A model generated the notes under the pieces. It was given only the letters and a program-made list of their open reading frames with translations. It was not told the DNA's origin and ran no database searches. The translations under genes and the position numbers were made by a program. 64,000 nucleotides of DNA from Rhodosorus marinus CCMP1338. Its lineage: Eukaryota; Plantae; Rhodophyta. Positions within the stretch are counted from its first letter, which is position 1, and each line of letters starts with the position of its first letter. The stretch is taken from contig JAMWBK010000003.1 in the NCBI GenBank assembly GCA_029953675.1, positions 2,480,001-2,544,000 on the forward strand, in the 5' to 3' direction. Of this stretch, positions 27,228 through 38,459 are shown one piece after another.

Positions 27228-27292
27228 TATGAAAATTTACTAGAAACTAGTGACTACACAGAGTAGTCACTAGTTTCTAGTAAATTTTCATA
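27228..27292. repeat. Perfect 30-bp inverted repeat with a 5-nt loop
   Basis: tatgaaaatttactagaaactagtgactac (27228-27257), loop acaga, then the exact reverse complement (27263-27292). Confidence 0.97.
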
Positions 27293-28299
27293 TCATTTTT
27301 GGTTTTTGTTCAAACGGGTGTTTTTAGTAATATGGTGGATGTCAGTTCCCCATGAGATCATTGGGATAGCTGAAACCCACTATAATTTTCTCACTCTAGG
27401 TAGAGTAACAACATTATGGGTACGTAGGAGATACAAAATATTGGACAAAAGCTCCTTCTTTTGAAAATATACGGTTAAAAGGCGGGAGGAATAGTAGTCC
27501 CATCGATTCGGCGCAATCTATTTCTTCCTTTTTCACATTTCAAAATACCCCCCTCGACCGCGAAAAAAAGGCACGTCACCAACGACAGGTTTTTAGGCAA
27601 ACCCTGATGAAACGGTTCTACTATATCCAAGAAAAAAACAAATTTTGAAATCAATTCGAATAGGGGGGTTTCTGGGAGTGTTGAGATGATCGATTAGCTG
27701 GCAGAGAGTATGCTACACAAGGAAGCTATGGTCCCCATCAATTTCTACTTTTTTTCTTGACGATCATCGGAGTCGTAGTGCTGCCCCAGTCTTTTTATTT
27801 AACTTTTTTTCAAATGAGCAGCTGTCCAGTGTAATTTCCAACGAGTAGGAATCTCTTTCAAGGAAAATGAACTCTCTCTACTGTTATTAAAAGAGTATCG
27901 TAATAATTTTAACAAAAAACAACTTTAGCAAACAATTTGGGGCTTAAAAATAACTAAAATACTTTAACTGCTTGGATAAGTAACCCCGCTTTTTCTTCTT
28001 CTTTCTCGCGCTGCCCTCGATTCGAGGCGCTGGGGCAGCATGGTGTGGTACCCTAGGGGAACATGTGCTGTCGCAGGCCGGCACATGCCCTTTTAGTAAA
28101 ACAAAACTAAAAGACGACATTGCTTCTGCGTGGGAAATGTAGCTGAGCTCAGTTCTATCCAGACGCAGTCGTGAAGTTGTTGAAATGGTTTAATATTCGG
28201 AACAACTGATCGCCTAATTTCCTCTTTTTCGTTGTGCCGCATTTTTTTCTCGGATGAGATTGGGCTTCATATTTTTGAAGAAAAATAAGTGATTAGAAT

Positions 28300-29650
28300 T
28301 CTGCACACGAAAAAAAAAGAAAAAGCGGAAGGTCTCAAAAACTGCAGAATATTTTCGTAAGGACCGAGTCTAACAGGGAACTCGTGGACCACTAGATTTT
28401 AAAAGCCCAGATTCGGTAAACTAATCATGAACTGATTAGTATATCGTAGAGCTTGGTTTGTCCAATTAAGACAGAGTCCGTTAACAAGAACCAGAAAACG
28501 CGGGAAGGTCCAGCATGTATTTCTTCTTTTCAGGATCTTCGATCCCTGCTCTGAAGGCGGATTGGTCCCCGTAGGACTTCTCGGGTCCAATAAACCTCAA
28601 CCATCTAGACAAAATTTTTCGACGTCGCTGGAAATTAGGTTTTTTTTGAAACATGCGGTTCTCTGTGCTTTGTGTAGGTTCTGTACAGCGAGCTCCCTGG
28701 TTTGGAACATCTCAAGTAACCGCATCAAGTGGTTGCTTGGAAGCAGAGGCTAGGGAGGGGCTGCAAACAGCTTGTCATTAAAATTATGAGCCTTTTTCCA
28801 GCAGATTTCGGAGATGAAATTGTTTTCTATGATCTTTGCCAAGGGGTAATTGGCCAGGCCAGTTGGACAAGGGTCTTGTGAATGGTGGCTCTGCTAGCAC
28901 AGGGTCCCTCACCGGTCGTTTTGCATAATCAGAATGGGTTATTTGTTCCTTTTTTTTTACGCTCATCTTCTGGGGTTCATCTGAGGGTCTGCGTCAACGC
29001 TGTACGCGAATGGGCATTCCATTGAAACGTTGCGCCTGCAATGAGGTTGAGGAAACGTACCTGGACATGACAATAGATACCAGGGAACCTCCTGGCAATT
29101 CAATGGGGAGCGATGTCAGTCAACCCTGTACCCGATCGGCGCTCTCCCTGAACTCCTTAGGCGGAATTCTGCTCAGCCACCAGCACATGACCTGTCTGAC
29201 TGCTCAGTATTCGACAGGTCTGTGTTGGCAAACTTCCCGGCACGCCCGACGTTGACCAAAGCATTGCGGCTTAGTGCGCTCTGGGTTTGTACAATGCAAC
29301 GCACAGCTTCCCAAGAGAAGCTTTAGGCTTTGTTCACAGAGAGCGGGTGCGGAAAGCACAGTGCAGATGCATCCCGAATGGAACAACAAGACTGGTCCAC
29401 CAGTGAGGTCAAGGCCGAACCTCGGTCGTCGGTTAGAACACACGCTTTTTTGCACTCGTGAGCTCTGCAACATCGCTCTCGGCGGGCTTTCTTGTTTAAC
29501 GAACAACATGCAACTTCTCAGCTTAGGATGTTTCGTTTCCAACAGGAATCTGCTAATTGGAGGGACGACCAAATCAGGGACGTTCACTCGTTTTAGCACA
29601 GAAGCAGCCAGTCCCGTAGTCCTCATCGCTCCCAGTACACGAGTCTCACC
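28300..29650 (-). mobile_element. Decayed gypsy RT-RNase H
   Basis: LKRVNVPDLVVPPISRFL (cf. LNKxTxPDxYPLPxIxxL); PRFGL; VLLFHSGCICTVLS (degenerate YxDD region); RDPVLAEPPFTRPL (cf. SAPVLAxPDFTRPF); CWTFPRFL..TNQALRY (cf. FRxYL..TDHQALKY). Confidence 0.65.
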
Positions 29651-30872
29651 TCAAAAAAAACAAGTTGCCGTGGATTCCAACCCCTCTTCCCCATCCCCCA
29701 AAAAATCAACCACAAAAAACAATCAAAATGAAGCGCTGCATTGGCAATTCCGGTTTGCCATCAATATTCAACCATTTTGGCATGCGTATGAAACATACTC
29801 AGCAATCCCTTCCTTAATAGTCAAAACATTCCACTATTCCGTCACCCCCCCCATCGAAAATTACTTAAGCACGTTCCTTTCGGAGACCCGGAAAAAAAAA
29901 ACAGTTTCAGGTACACGGAGCAATAAAAATAAGATAAATTCAAGGTGATTGTCTCCCTCCCCGCACAAAAGACAGCGACCAGGATAGTATTGGCCCGCCC
30001 AGGAATCTCCAAACGTCCTCCCCGCCTGCACCATCGCAAAACTACTCCCCAAATTCCGCCTCTGATGAAGAAATTTGGACAGAGTTGATGTGTTTTTTTT
30101 TAGCACGGCCGCGAGGACCCTCAGGTCCATACAGAGGCCGCCCCTCAAACCTCTTTGTCTGGTGGATACAGGGCCCAAAGCGGGACCAGCGACGATTAAA
30201 AACTTTTGTTAATAGCGAATCTACCCAACAAAAAGGTCACACACCCACCTGCAAATTTCTACCATAAGAGAGCTATCACAATACAGAGGACGGTCTACAA
30301 ACGATTGGTTCAAAGGAACCTTTTCTAATAATTCCGGAATTATGATGTGCTTTTCATTCCGAGCGTGTCCAATGGTGTTTTCTGTCGGGGTGCGGTTGTT
30401 CCAATCATCTTGGAAATATACCTTCCAACACCACTATGGCCCATATTTTTTGTGGTATTTTATATCTGCTCCCAAAAGTTCCAAAAAAAGAGTATATCCA
30501 CCACGAATTTTCGATTCAGTTTCCAAGCCGTTTCGTTTTGGAGCTTAATGATTAGATAGTGGTTGATACGTGAGATATTCTAATTGGTACATTTCCGTGC
30601 TTACATCCACTCAAATTCGTGCCCTCGGTGGGAGAGGAACCCACGGCCGGATTGAAATACGGAAATATTTTCAAGACCATTTCCCTGGGCTGCTGATACC
30701 GGTCGCGGAATTTCTATCGTGAGCACTTCAAGGCAAAACCCTGCCAAGTTTTTGCTGCGAACGCTGGGTTTCTGGACTCGAGATGGGGTTTTTCTTATTT
30801 CCTTGGAAGCTGCTAGAAAGCATCTATGCCCAGTTTCAAACCACTGGACTTAAGAAGCAATCGTCAGATGGG

Positions 30873-30885
30873 TATATATATATAA
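30873..30885 (+). promoter_or_regulatory. Candidate TATA box of the third zinc-finger gene
   Basis: TATATATATATAA about 270 nt upstream of ATG 31146. Confidence 0.4.
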
Positions 30886-31145
30886 GTTCTAGAGGAAATA
30901 CACATATTCGTCGGAGGCGGGATGTATAGGTTCTAGAGGAAGTTCACATATCTTTCGGAGGCGGAATGGCAAGGATGTTCACAGCGGCAAATTAGTTAAG
31001 CGAGCATTGGATAGAAGTGGCTGGTTGGGTTGAGAATTGGTGCAGGCGGAGAACAGGTGTTGAGAGTTCGAAGATCATATACAAGCTGGAGGTCCTACGC
31101 TTTGATCAGCCGGAGTTCGGGTGGTCGTGGGAAGATTTTGATGAT

Positions 31146-31793
31146 ATGAGTGATATCTATACGTTTGACAGCAGTGATGATGGAGCAAATGCCGTGCAGG
31201 AACCGGTCTCGAGAATAATCGCGGAATACCCGGATGACATGGTCCCAGCGGAGAAGCAGAGCACGCGCCAGTCCGCTGGCATGAAGCAGGAGCAATCAGC
31301 CGTAGACTACAATGATCTACTGCTTCAAGCACTGCAATGCCCGATGCCGGACCAAGAGATTGAGGCTGCGTACGCATCGGCTTTGACCCCGATGACGCCC
31401 TCAAGTACACGACTGGGGGATCTTCCTCAACTGACGGATGCAAAGAAGACCCAACGCAAGGAGGGTAATGTTCCTGCTGCGGGCCCGAAGAGCTTCTTGG
31501 GCCTGGACGATGGCGCTGGTTCTTTTTCGGCAACATCTGATGACAACAACGTTGCGTCGCCGGTGGAAACTGCCAATTCCCTGGAACGGGGGGGGGTGAA
31601 CAAGAAGGAAAGAGTTTGTCACATCTGCGGATATGAATTCATGTGGCCGAACAGGTTGCGTCTCCATATGAGGAAGCACACAAACGAGAAGCCGCTGAGA
31701 TGTCGGAATACTGGTTGCAACTATAGGGCAAAGTGGAACTCCGGAATGGCATATCATCTAAAGAGTCACTGCAAGATGGCTCCGAAGAAGTGA
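31146..31793 (+). CDS. C2H2 zinc-finger protein (2 C-terminal fingers), intronless; likely ATG at 31146 (the ORF track starts at GTG 31017)
   Basis: VCHICGYEFMWPNRLRLHMRKH-TNEKPL-RCRNTGCNYRAKWNSGMAYHLKSH. Confidence 0.9.
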   Translation: MSDIYTFDSSDDGANAVQEPVSRIIAEYPDDMVPAEKQSTRQSAGMKQEQSAVDYNDLLLQALQCPMPDQEIEAAYASALTPMTPSSTRLGDLPQLTDAKKTQRKEGNVPAAGPKSFLGLDDGAGSFSATSDDNNVASPVETANSLERGGVNKKERVCHICGYEFMWPNRLRLHMRKHTNEKPLRCRNTGCNYRAKWNSGMAYHLKSHCKMAPKK

Positions 31794-31879
31794 TTGCGGA
31801 TGAAGTCCTTACAGCAGCCGGGTTTTCTCCGCGGCATAGATAACTTTTAACTTTTTTTAATTGCAGCTGACTTTAACTT

Positions 31880-33161
31880 CCTATAATTGCACCCTATTAA
31901 AATTGGACAAACGATGTTGTGTACAGACAATTCGAAGCTCGCCGCCAGCTGAATTCGCAGCCGAAAAAGGTTGAATGGCATAGTTTCCTGGTGCAAGCAC
32001 TACCTCTTTGTGCCCTGTCCCCGCTGTACGAATTCCGCAGTAGTGGAGCTTTCGAGGGCAGAGTTTCGAATTCAGATAGCGATGCCATGTTCTGCACGGT
32101 CTTTGGCGTGGAATGTTCACTGGACGCCTCGTCGCACATCGCTGCATGCACTGCTGTAGGAATCCCAGAATCTGTTGCCTGAAGAAAATTCCCTCACTCA
32201 CTTACCAAATTTGTAGGCTACCCTAACCTGGATAGCATGGGAGTTAGTGGAACGGCCGTTCGGTGATTGACAGTACAAAACCTAGGCAGGCCAAAATCCC
32301 TGCCGAGGGATTGAGGATCGAATTAAGCTACAAACTGTGTTTTGGGGGGCCCTGTAAGCGCAAGGTTAAAACCCCATATCCTGTCAGTATCGTAAGTAAG
32401 TAAGCTGACAAGTAAGCTGAACTGAGCTCGTCTTGTTGAACACTTCACCCCACCCCGGCACACCCTAAAGACGCTTGTTCTAATTTTAGCATGGGATCCG
32501 ATCGTTGAAAACGAAAACGCCGCTTACACACCAACTTCGTCGATCCCGCGACCCTGAAACTTCAAAACAATTCAGAAAAAAAACTTTTTCGCCCCACCCA
32601 ATAATATTGAGTCGTCAAAATGTGTTTTTCGCTGACTGACCGGCTGCTGCTTTTGAACTGCTAGCACTCGTGTGCAGGTTTTTTAGGGAATCAAGTCGGT
32701 TGCAAAATTTTCGAGCAAAATTCAAGTCAGTGCCCCTCCGACCCGGGGGGGACCATTTTTATCGCTACTTTCAGGATCTCAATATTTTCAAAATTAATTC
32801 GTAATGTGCACGTTGATGTCCTCCACAGAAGAGTACCCCCCTAAATTTGACCGATTTTCCCGAGAATGAAAAACAAGGATCCGTCTAGCGAATCGGCTCC
32901 TATTCTTGCAAAACATTCTTTCTAGACACACTGTTTCTCTGCTTCGGTCGCGTCTATGGGGTTGTCGAGTACATCCCTTAGTCCTTTGACCGTCAGGGAG
33001 CATTCTACGTGGTGTCTCCAATTCCGGAAGGATCGATACGAATCCTGATCCCCGGTAAACACTGGCGGTAGCGCGAAGTCCTTCAAGCGCGCGTCATGTT
33101 CGCTAGCGCTCCCCCTGGTCCTCGTCGCCATACTCTCGGAAACCCAATCTTTAAAGTCCAA
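31880..33161 (-). mobile_element. Decayed, internally deleted copia-like element (gag N-terminus plus integrase remnant)
   Basis: gag: LPPVFTGDQDSYRSFRNWRHHVECSLTVKGLRDVLDNP (copia gag N-terminal pattern PxFxGxxY..W...LxxKGL), stop at 32922. Integrase-like: QCMQRC..PRKLHYCGIRTAGTGHKEVVL (cf. CxxC..PLELIHSDxCGP). Confidence 0.55.
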
Positions 33162-33218
33162 TCCTTAAAGAATAAACGCCTCTCTCATAACATCGCACCC
33201 TGCGATGAGACCATCTTG

Positions 33219-33371
33219 CGTTTTTCAGGGTTTCCCAACCTTGATCATTTCCGCGGTATCGTAGATTACTAGTGGGAGGTATATCGACCCCAATGGTCAG
33301 GGAAACAATAAAGAAACCATCAAAGTTTGGCTGACGGGACTTTGATCAAGGTTGGGAAACCCCGCAAAACG
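33219..33371. repeat. Inverted repeat (20-bp perfect core, about 29 bp imperfect) with a 95-nt spacer
   Basis: gggtttcccaaccttgatca (33228-33247) and tgatcaaggttgggaaaccc (33343-33362). Confidence 0.9.
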
Positions 33372-34229
33372 TAACAGAATGCACATCCCTGCACAAAAAA
33401 AGGGATATTCTAGCCTCGAAGTTTTGGACACTAAACTGCTGCGCATCCCCCTTCCTAACCCCCTCTTTAGAGCACAACTTGTATGAAATTAACGTCTTCC
33501 AGAGCAAAACAGAGGCATTTTTAACTCTTCAGACAGAAAAGCTTTTCCCCCCGGTCTAAACAAAACTATCCGAACATAAATCACCACGTGTCTTAAAGTC
33601 GCCCAGTCATTATAATCTGTGAAATTGACTACATTAGTCAACTACATTAGTCAATTTCATGGCTCCGCCGGGTTTTTTCCGACCTGCATGTTTTTTCGAG
33701 TATTTACGCATACGCTCTTTTCTGTGGCAAGAAAGCCGAGCGGAGCGGCTTTGTTTTTGGCCGCTATATAGGAAAACATCTAGAAAGCTGCCCAAGTCCG
33801 AAAGAAAACGCTGGTATGATTCTCGACTCTTGGGCCACAATACGAGTGCAGTCTTGGACATTGTTCCCCAGTCCAAAAACTCTTCATTCTGATGGGATTC
33901 TAGTGAGGGAATATATATATCTTTTACCCTTCCCTCTCCCCCCCCCAAGGAATGCCCTCCATAAGAAAAATCTGTTCTAGTCGTGTTCATGCGGGTTTTG
34001 AAAGGACTTTATGTTGGGGAGCTTTAACCCCCTCCCACGACATCCAACTTCCCCAACATTTCTTTTTTTTAGTATCGTAGAATAAATGACTGACGGGGTT
34101 TTGTTCCGTTGTGAGCTGTTCTTATTGGTTTTCTTGGTTCCGACGGGAGGAAGGATGGAGGGGGACGGTTCGTATCATTTTAGGTTTGTCTGTTTTTTTT
34201 GTCTTTTTATTTTGCAGTGGCCGATAGGG

Positions 34230-34440
34230 TGGGGAAGGGAAAGGAGGAAGGAGGAGGGAGGAAGGAAGAAGGAGGAAGGGGGAACGGGGAAAGGGGAAGA
34301 GGGAAGGAGGAAGGAGGAAGGGGGAGCGGGGAAAGGGGAAGAGGGAAGGAGGAAGGAGGAAGGGGGAAGGGGGAAGGGGGAAGAGGGAAGGGGGAAGAGG
34401 GAAGGACGAGAGGGAAGAGGGAAGGACGAGGGGGAGGCGG
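34230..34440 (+). repeat. Polypurine (GA) low-complexity tract with an internal 42-bp period
   Basis: Almost pure G/A sequence; the unit gaaggaggaaggggga(a/g)cggggaaaggggaagagggaaggag recurs 42 nt apart (marker C at 34285 and 34327). Confidence 0.9.
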
Positions 34441-34988
34441 TATCCCGGAGGAATTCTGGAAGCGTTGTTGTATGATAGTTTAAATAGACGGCTCGCGTTT
34501 TTTATTGTGGAGAAGGGGACGCGGTAGTGGCTATCTAGGGGCCAGCTTAGTGGCTTTCGTCTAGGGGGGGGGGGGAAAGGTCAGGGGCCTTCTGGGAGGT
34601 GCAAGCGGAGGACTGTTGGGAATTTTCTTTTTTTTTTGCAGAGGGTAGGTAGTTAATATCTTTTACTGTTTTGGCGATTTCAACGAGTGGGTTTGAGCGG
34701 GATTTCCTGCGGGAAGAGTGGTGAGGTCGCGTAGGAGAGGCGGGAGCCCGCTTGCGCTTCGCAGGTGGTTGGGTAGGATTCTATAGTTTTTGAGTTGCTC
34801 TGTGTTGTGTTTGTTTTTGTCGGCGTATCAGAACGCGGCAGTTGTTCTTTGGCTGCACATGTGGTTTGGAAAGCGTGTGAAACTTTTCTACGATGGTAGA
34901 GGGCTCCCAAACATCTCCAACTCGCCGAGCGAGTACCCGGGAGAGTGCGAATGGTAGTACACAGACTGCAGAGAGCATCGAGAAGAAG

Positions 34989-36447
34989 ATGGCGTCGCTC
35001 TCCTACTCGTTCAGTCAAAACATGCCTGCTCCGCGGAAGAAAAAATCTCCATTTGAGAGAAACTTCCCGGAGCTAGGAGGCTCGGACAAACCAGGCGGGT
35101 TGAACTTGGATTCTCAGAATCGACTCCAAAGTGCTGCAAGAGATAGTGAGACGCGCTCTAGGTTACGCTTGAACTCTGGTCCAGCTCCGGGTCAAAAGAC
35201 CGCTGCGGAAAGAGTTTCAAGCACACCAACCAGATCAGCGACAGCTGCGGAAGTTGTTGCTTATAGGAGGAAACCCACTTCGGCACCTGTACCTAACTCT
35301 GGCCGAAAGTCGGAGCTTGAACTTTTCTCGAAGCTGGTCCCGACAACGAGCGCTGTCCCGAGATCTTCCAAACTTTCCGGTGTGAATTCGAATTTAGGAA
35401 AGTTTCCGGAAAGTTCAAAGAATGCGCAATCTAACAGGGTGAAGCCCGCAAACTTGACGACTAATCCAGCCCATTCACTCGGAAGTGGAGGAATGGTGGT
35501 GTTGGGTTCAAACACAAAGTAAGTGAGAAGAACTTAGTCTGCGTCTGGTTAGCGAACTAACCTGGTTTTAAACACTTTTTTGTTTCACTTTCAGTGACGG
35601 TAGGAAGGGCACCGGAGGACTGATGAAGTTGCGCCCGACTTCCTCCACATCGATGTCATCGTCGCTGAGTGCGTCACAAAAATCTGAAAAAGATGTAGGC
35701 CTCGTAAGCAAGTCCGAACAACAACCAGAGGGAGCTGTAGGTACGCCGGAGAGAAGTCCAGAGCCGGTCAACTTGCCTCCGCCTCAACAAAGTGAAGTTG
35801 TAGTGGAACCGGCCTTGGACAGGCAGCCGCCAGAGTCCAACCAAGTTGCTGCGGAGGACTCTTCTTTCGGAGTACAGTCGTCGTTCAAATACCCGATGGG
35901 CTCACCTTTCCAGTTCCGCGACCAGGTTGAATCTCTGAAGCGTCAGCAGACTAGCAGAGTGGAAAGGTTGGTTTTCATGAACGCCCGCAGGCGCTGGTCA
36001 TGTGTTAGACAAATTGGTTGTGCTAACTTCCTGCCTTGCAGTGTTTCGTTTGCTCCTGATCCTCATTTTGGGGATAGGTTTGGTTCTGAAGGTCAAAAAG
36101 ATGATTCGCCTCCCGTTGATATGAGCGCCTTCTCGAGCTCAGCGAACTCCCCTCTATACATGCCGTCAGCGAGAACTGCAGGGGAGGAAAACGTTCCGGA
36201 CGGAGTTGAGGGTGACGGGGACGTGGACGAAAGCGTGCTTCCGCCGCTACCAAACGCGGACGATCATCATGAATTTGAGTCAGTTCTTCGCCAAATGGGA
36301 TGGACCCCTGAGGAAGAGGACGACGATAGAAGCCATGGAAACCAGGAGAGCGAGAAACAAAAGTGGCTTCGGTCGTTTGGAGCGTCGAGCAGTTCCGCTC
36401 GGAGCAGTTCCGGAGCGAGGGAGCCACACCAGCTGTATATAAAGTAA
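34989..36447 (+). CDS. Low-complexity protein with vasculin/GPBP1-like terminal motifs, about 435 aa; exons 34989-35518, 35595-35966, 36042-36447
   Basis: GT-AG introns of 76 and 75 nt, each with a CTAAC branch point, keep the frame. N-terminal FERNFPELG and C-terminal VLRQMGWTPEEE resemble the FExDFPSL and LLxxMGW motifs of the vasculin family (recalled, not searched). Confidence 0.75.
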
Positions 36448-37299
36448 TGCCCACGAGGGCAATAACGCTGTGGCCATAACCTGTTATGTGACAGGGCGGA
36501 GAAACTTATTCTTTTCAGAGCCTCGGACATTCGGGAAAACGCTTTTTTTAAAATAATACTTAAGTTATGCTCGGTCTCCCGTGCAACATCACGACTCTAC
36601 TGGGGTGGCGTGCGACTGTTGCACCAAAGGCGCGGCAACTTTTTTGGGGGGGGGGGAGCTCCGGTCTCCTTTAACTGTCGTAGGAAGTTTTGCATCGCTA
36701 ATCACTCTTTAAGGGTGTAGGACTGTTGTTCCTTTTCGACCCCGGGCGGAGAGGGAGAGGGGGTTGGCGAATGGGGACTGTGAAGTTGTCGGCCTGGTTT
36801 CTTCCTTTTGTCGTAGTAAAGGACGAGTCTCCCTCCTGAGTAAAAGCCCCAGCGGAGTTTTTTGGACACGGAAGTTTGGAAAGAAGAAGAACAACAAGCC
36901 AAAACCTACAACGCCCTTGGAAGCACTGCTCCCACCATATTTGCTTCTTCAGCAGGAAAATCGTTCGCGAAAAGCAGCAATCATAACTACAGCTCCTTTA
37001 CTGGAGGAGGAGTGAATAGATTAAACGTACGACCCTGCCAGACCTGAAGCGTAGCTTTTGGATCATAGAGCGCGGTTCCGCTGTAACAACTCTCGCGCGG
37101 GTTGGAACGCGCTGCTCGTCAAAATCAGAATACTTCAGTCCCTGTCGCACAACTCGTCGGGTGCGCGGAAAGGTCTCAACAAAGTCCGTGACAGCTTCCT
37201 CTGGTTGAATTTAAACTCTATCCCTTACTCCATCTAGACCCAGCACCGTTCACAGAACGGCAGCTCGCGGGCCCGAAGGGCCAGGAACGCTGAGGAGCT

Positions 37300-37520
37300 T
37301 ACTGCAGCTTCGATTTCAGAGTGTCGTAAATGGTTGCCAGCCTCGAACACGGTTTGTTACGGCCTTGCTCGCACCAAAGAACCTCTTTTATCGCTTTCGG
37401 GCTTGGAGACAGTGAGTACCACCACCCCACGCGAGACTTCAGATTCCTTCGGCCTTCTTACCGATGGCAATTGGAAGCTGGTGGTTCAGAACCGCTCACT
37501 CACTCAAAATGTTTTTAGAG
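37300..37520 (+). mobile_element. Short gypsy RT N-terminal remnant
   Basis: LEHGLLRPCSHQRTSFIAF..RDFRF (cf. LLExGLIRPSxSPxASP..RFC). Confidence 0.35.
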
Positions 37521-37644
37521 AATATTTGAGTTGAAAAGGGTTTGGAAAAGGGTAGAGAAAGGGCAGAGAGGTATGGTTGCAGCGTACAAACGGAGAAACT
37601 AGTTTTAGTGACATCATGATACCATTAAAGATCCACGGTGGAAT

Positions 37645-38451
37645 ATGGTCGAGGGAAGAAAGGGGACGAAGAGGCGGAAGAAACTACATATGTCGGTCCC
37701 GTTGCATTGCCGGTGCTTAGACCAGCGAAAGGACAGCGGGGCCCTGGTGCTTTGTGAAATCTGTGATCGCTGGTTTCACGAATCGTGCGTAACGGTGAAG
37801 CTCCCGGCGGCAAATGTAGACGACGGCAACGGTGAAGAGGACGAGTCGTTTGTTTGCCGCGATTGCCATAAAGGCACGACCGACGTGCTCGTTCGTCATG
37901 GTGAGCGACTGCGCTCATCACTGAGTCAAAGGGTTTCAGGGGCAAGAGGGACCAGTAATCATTTTTGTTTCTAACTATCTGGATTGACGTTTCTTTTTTA
38001 AACTCCAGATGTTATGAAGATCGTGAGAGAGAAGCTCGAAGAGAGGAACAAGGATAAACAGCGATTGGTCGGATCCGGAAGAGCAAGGGAAGCGAAATCT
38101 GAACCCGAGCGCGGAACAAAACGCGTGCGCTTTGAGATAGATCTGTTGGAAAGGCAGAAAGAAGCGCAACTCTCAAAGGAGAAGTGCCCGTGCAAAGTCC
38201 TAAAGGGCGGTTCTTGGATCAAGTGCGACCTCTGTTCCCAATGGTGGCATATCTCGTGCGATCAGCCTTTCGCTTCGAGCGTAGCTGACGATACCGAATA
38301 CAGCTGTAGGAATTGTCGAGCACCTAAAAACGGTCAAGATGAGAAGCTGTTGGTAGCAGAGAAAGCTCCGTCTCACTCAGGAGGAGATCCCAGCTACCCA
38401 AAGTCAAAAAAACTACTGAATGGCAATGGCCTGGGCCTAGGGTGCAGTTAA
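37645..38451 (+). CDS. Protein with two PHD fingers, about 250 aa; exons 37645-37954 and 38009-38451
   Basis: C4HC3 patterns CRC..CEICDRWFHESC..CRDC and CPC..CDLCSQWWHISC..CRNC. A 54-nt GTAATC..CTAAC..CAG intron joins the two ORFs in frame. Confidence 0.88.
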
Positions 38452-38459
38452 AATAAGGC

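Noticed and set aside
29274-29948. 224-aa + strand ORF
   Set aside because: No domain; it is antisense to a recognisable RT relic and runs into low-complexity sequence.
30886-30946. Heat-shock elements in the ttctagaggaa repeats
   Set aside because: They do not give three correctly spaced nGAAn units.
31919-32182. + strand hAT dimerisation-like words (KHYLFVP..NSAVVELS)
   Set aside because: The minus-strand copia integrase reading fits better with the upstream gag, and there is no other hAT evidence.
34086-34483. Glu/Gly/Arg-rich ORFs
   Set aside because: Translations of a polypurine tract.
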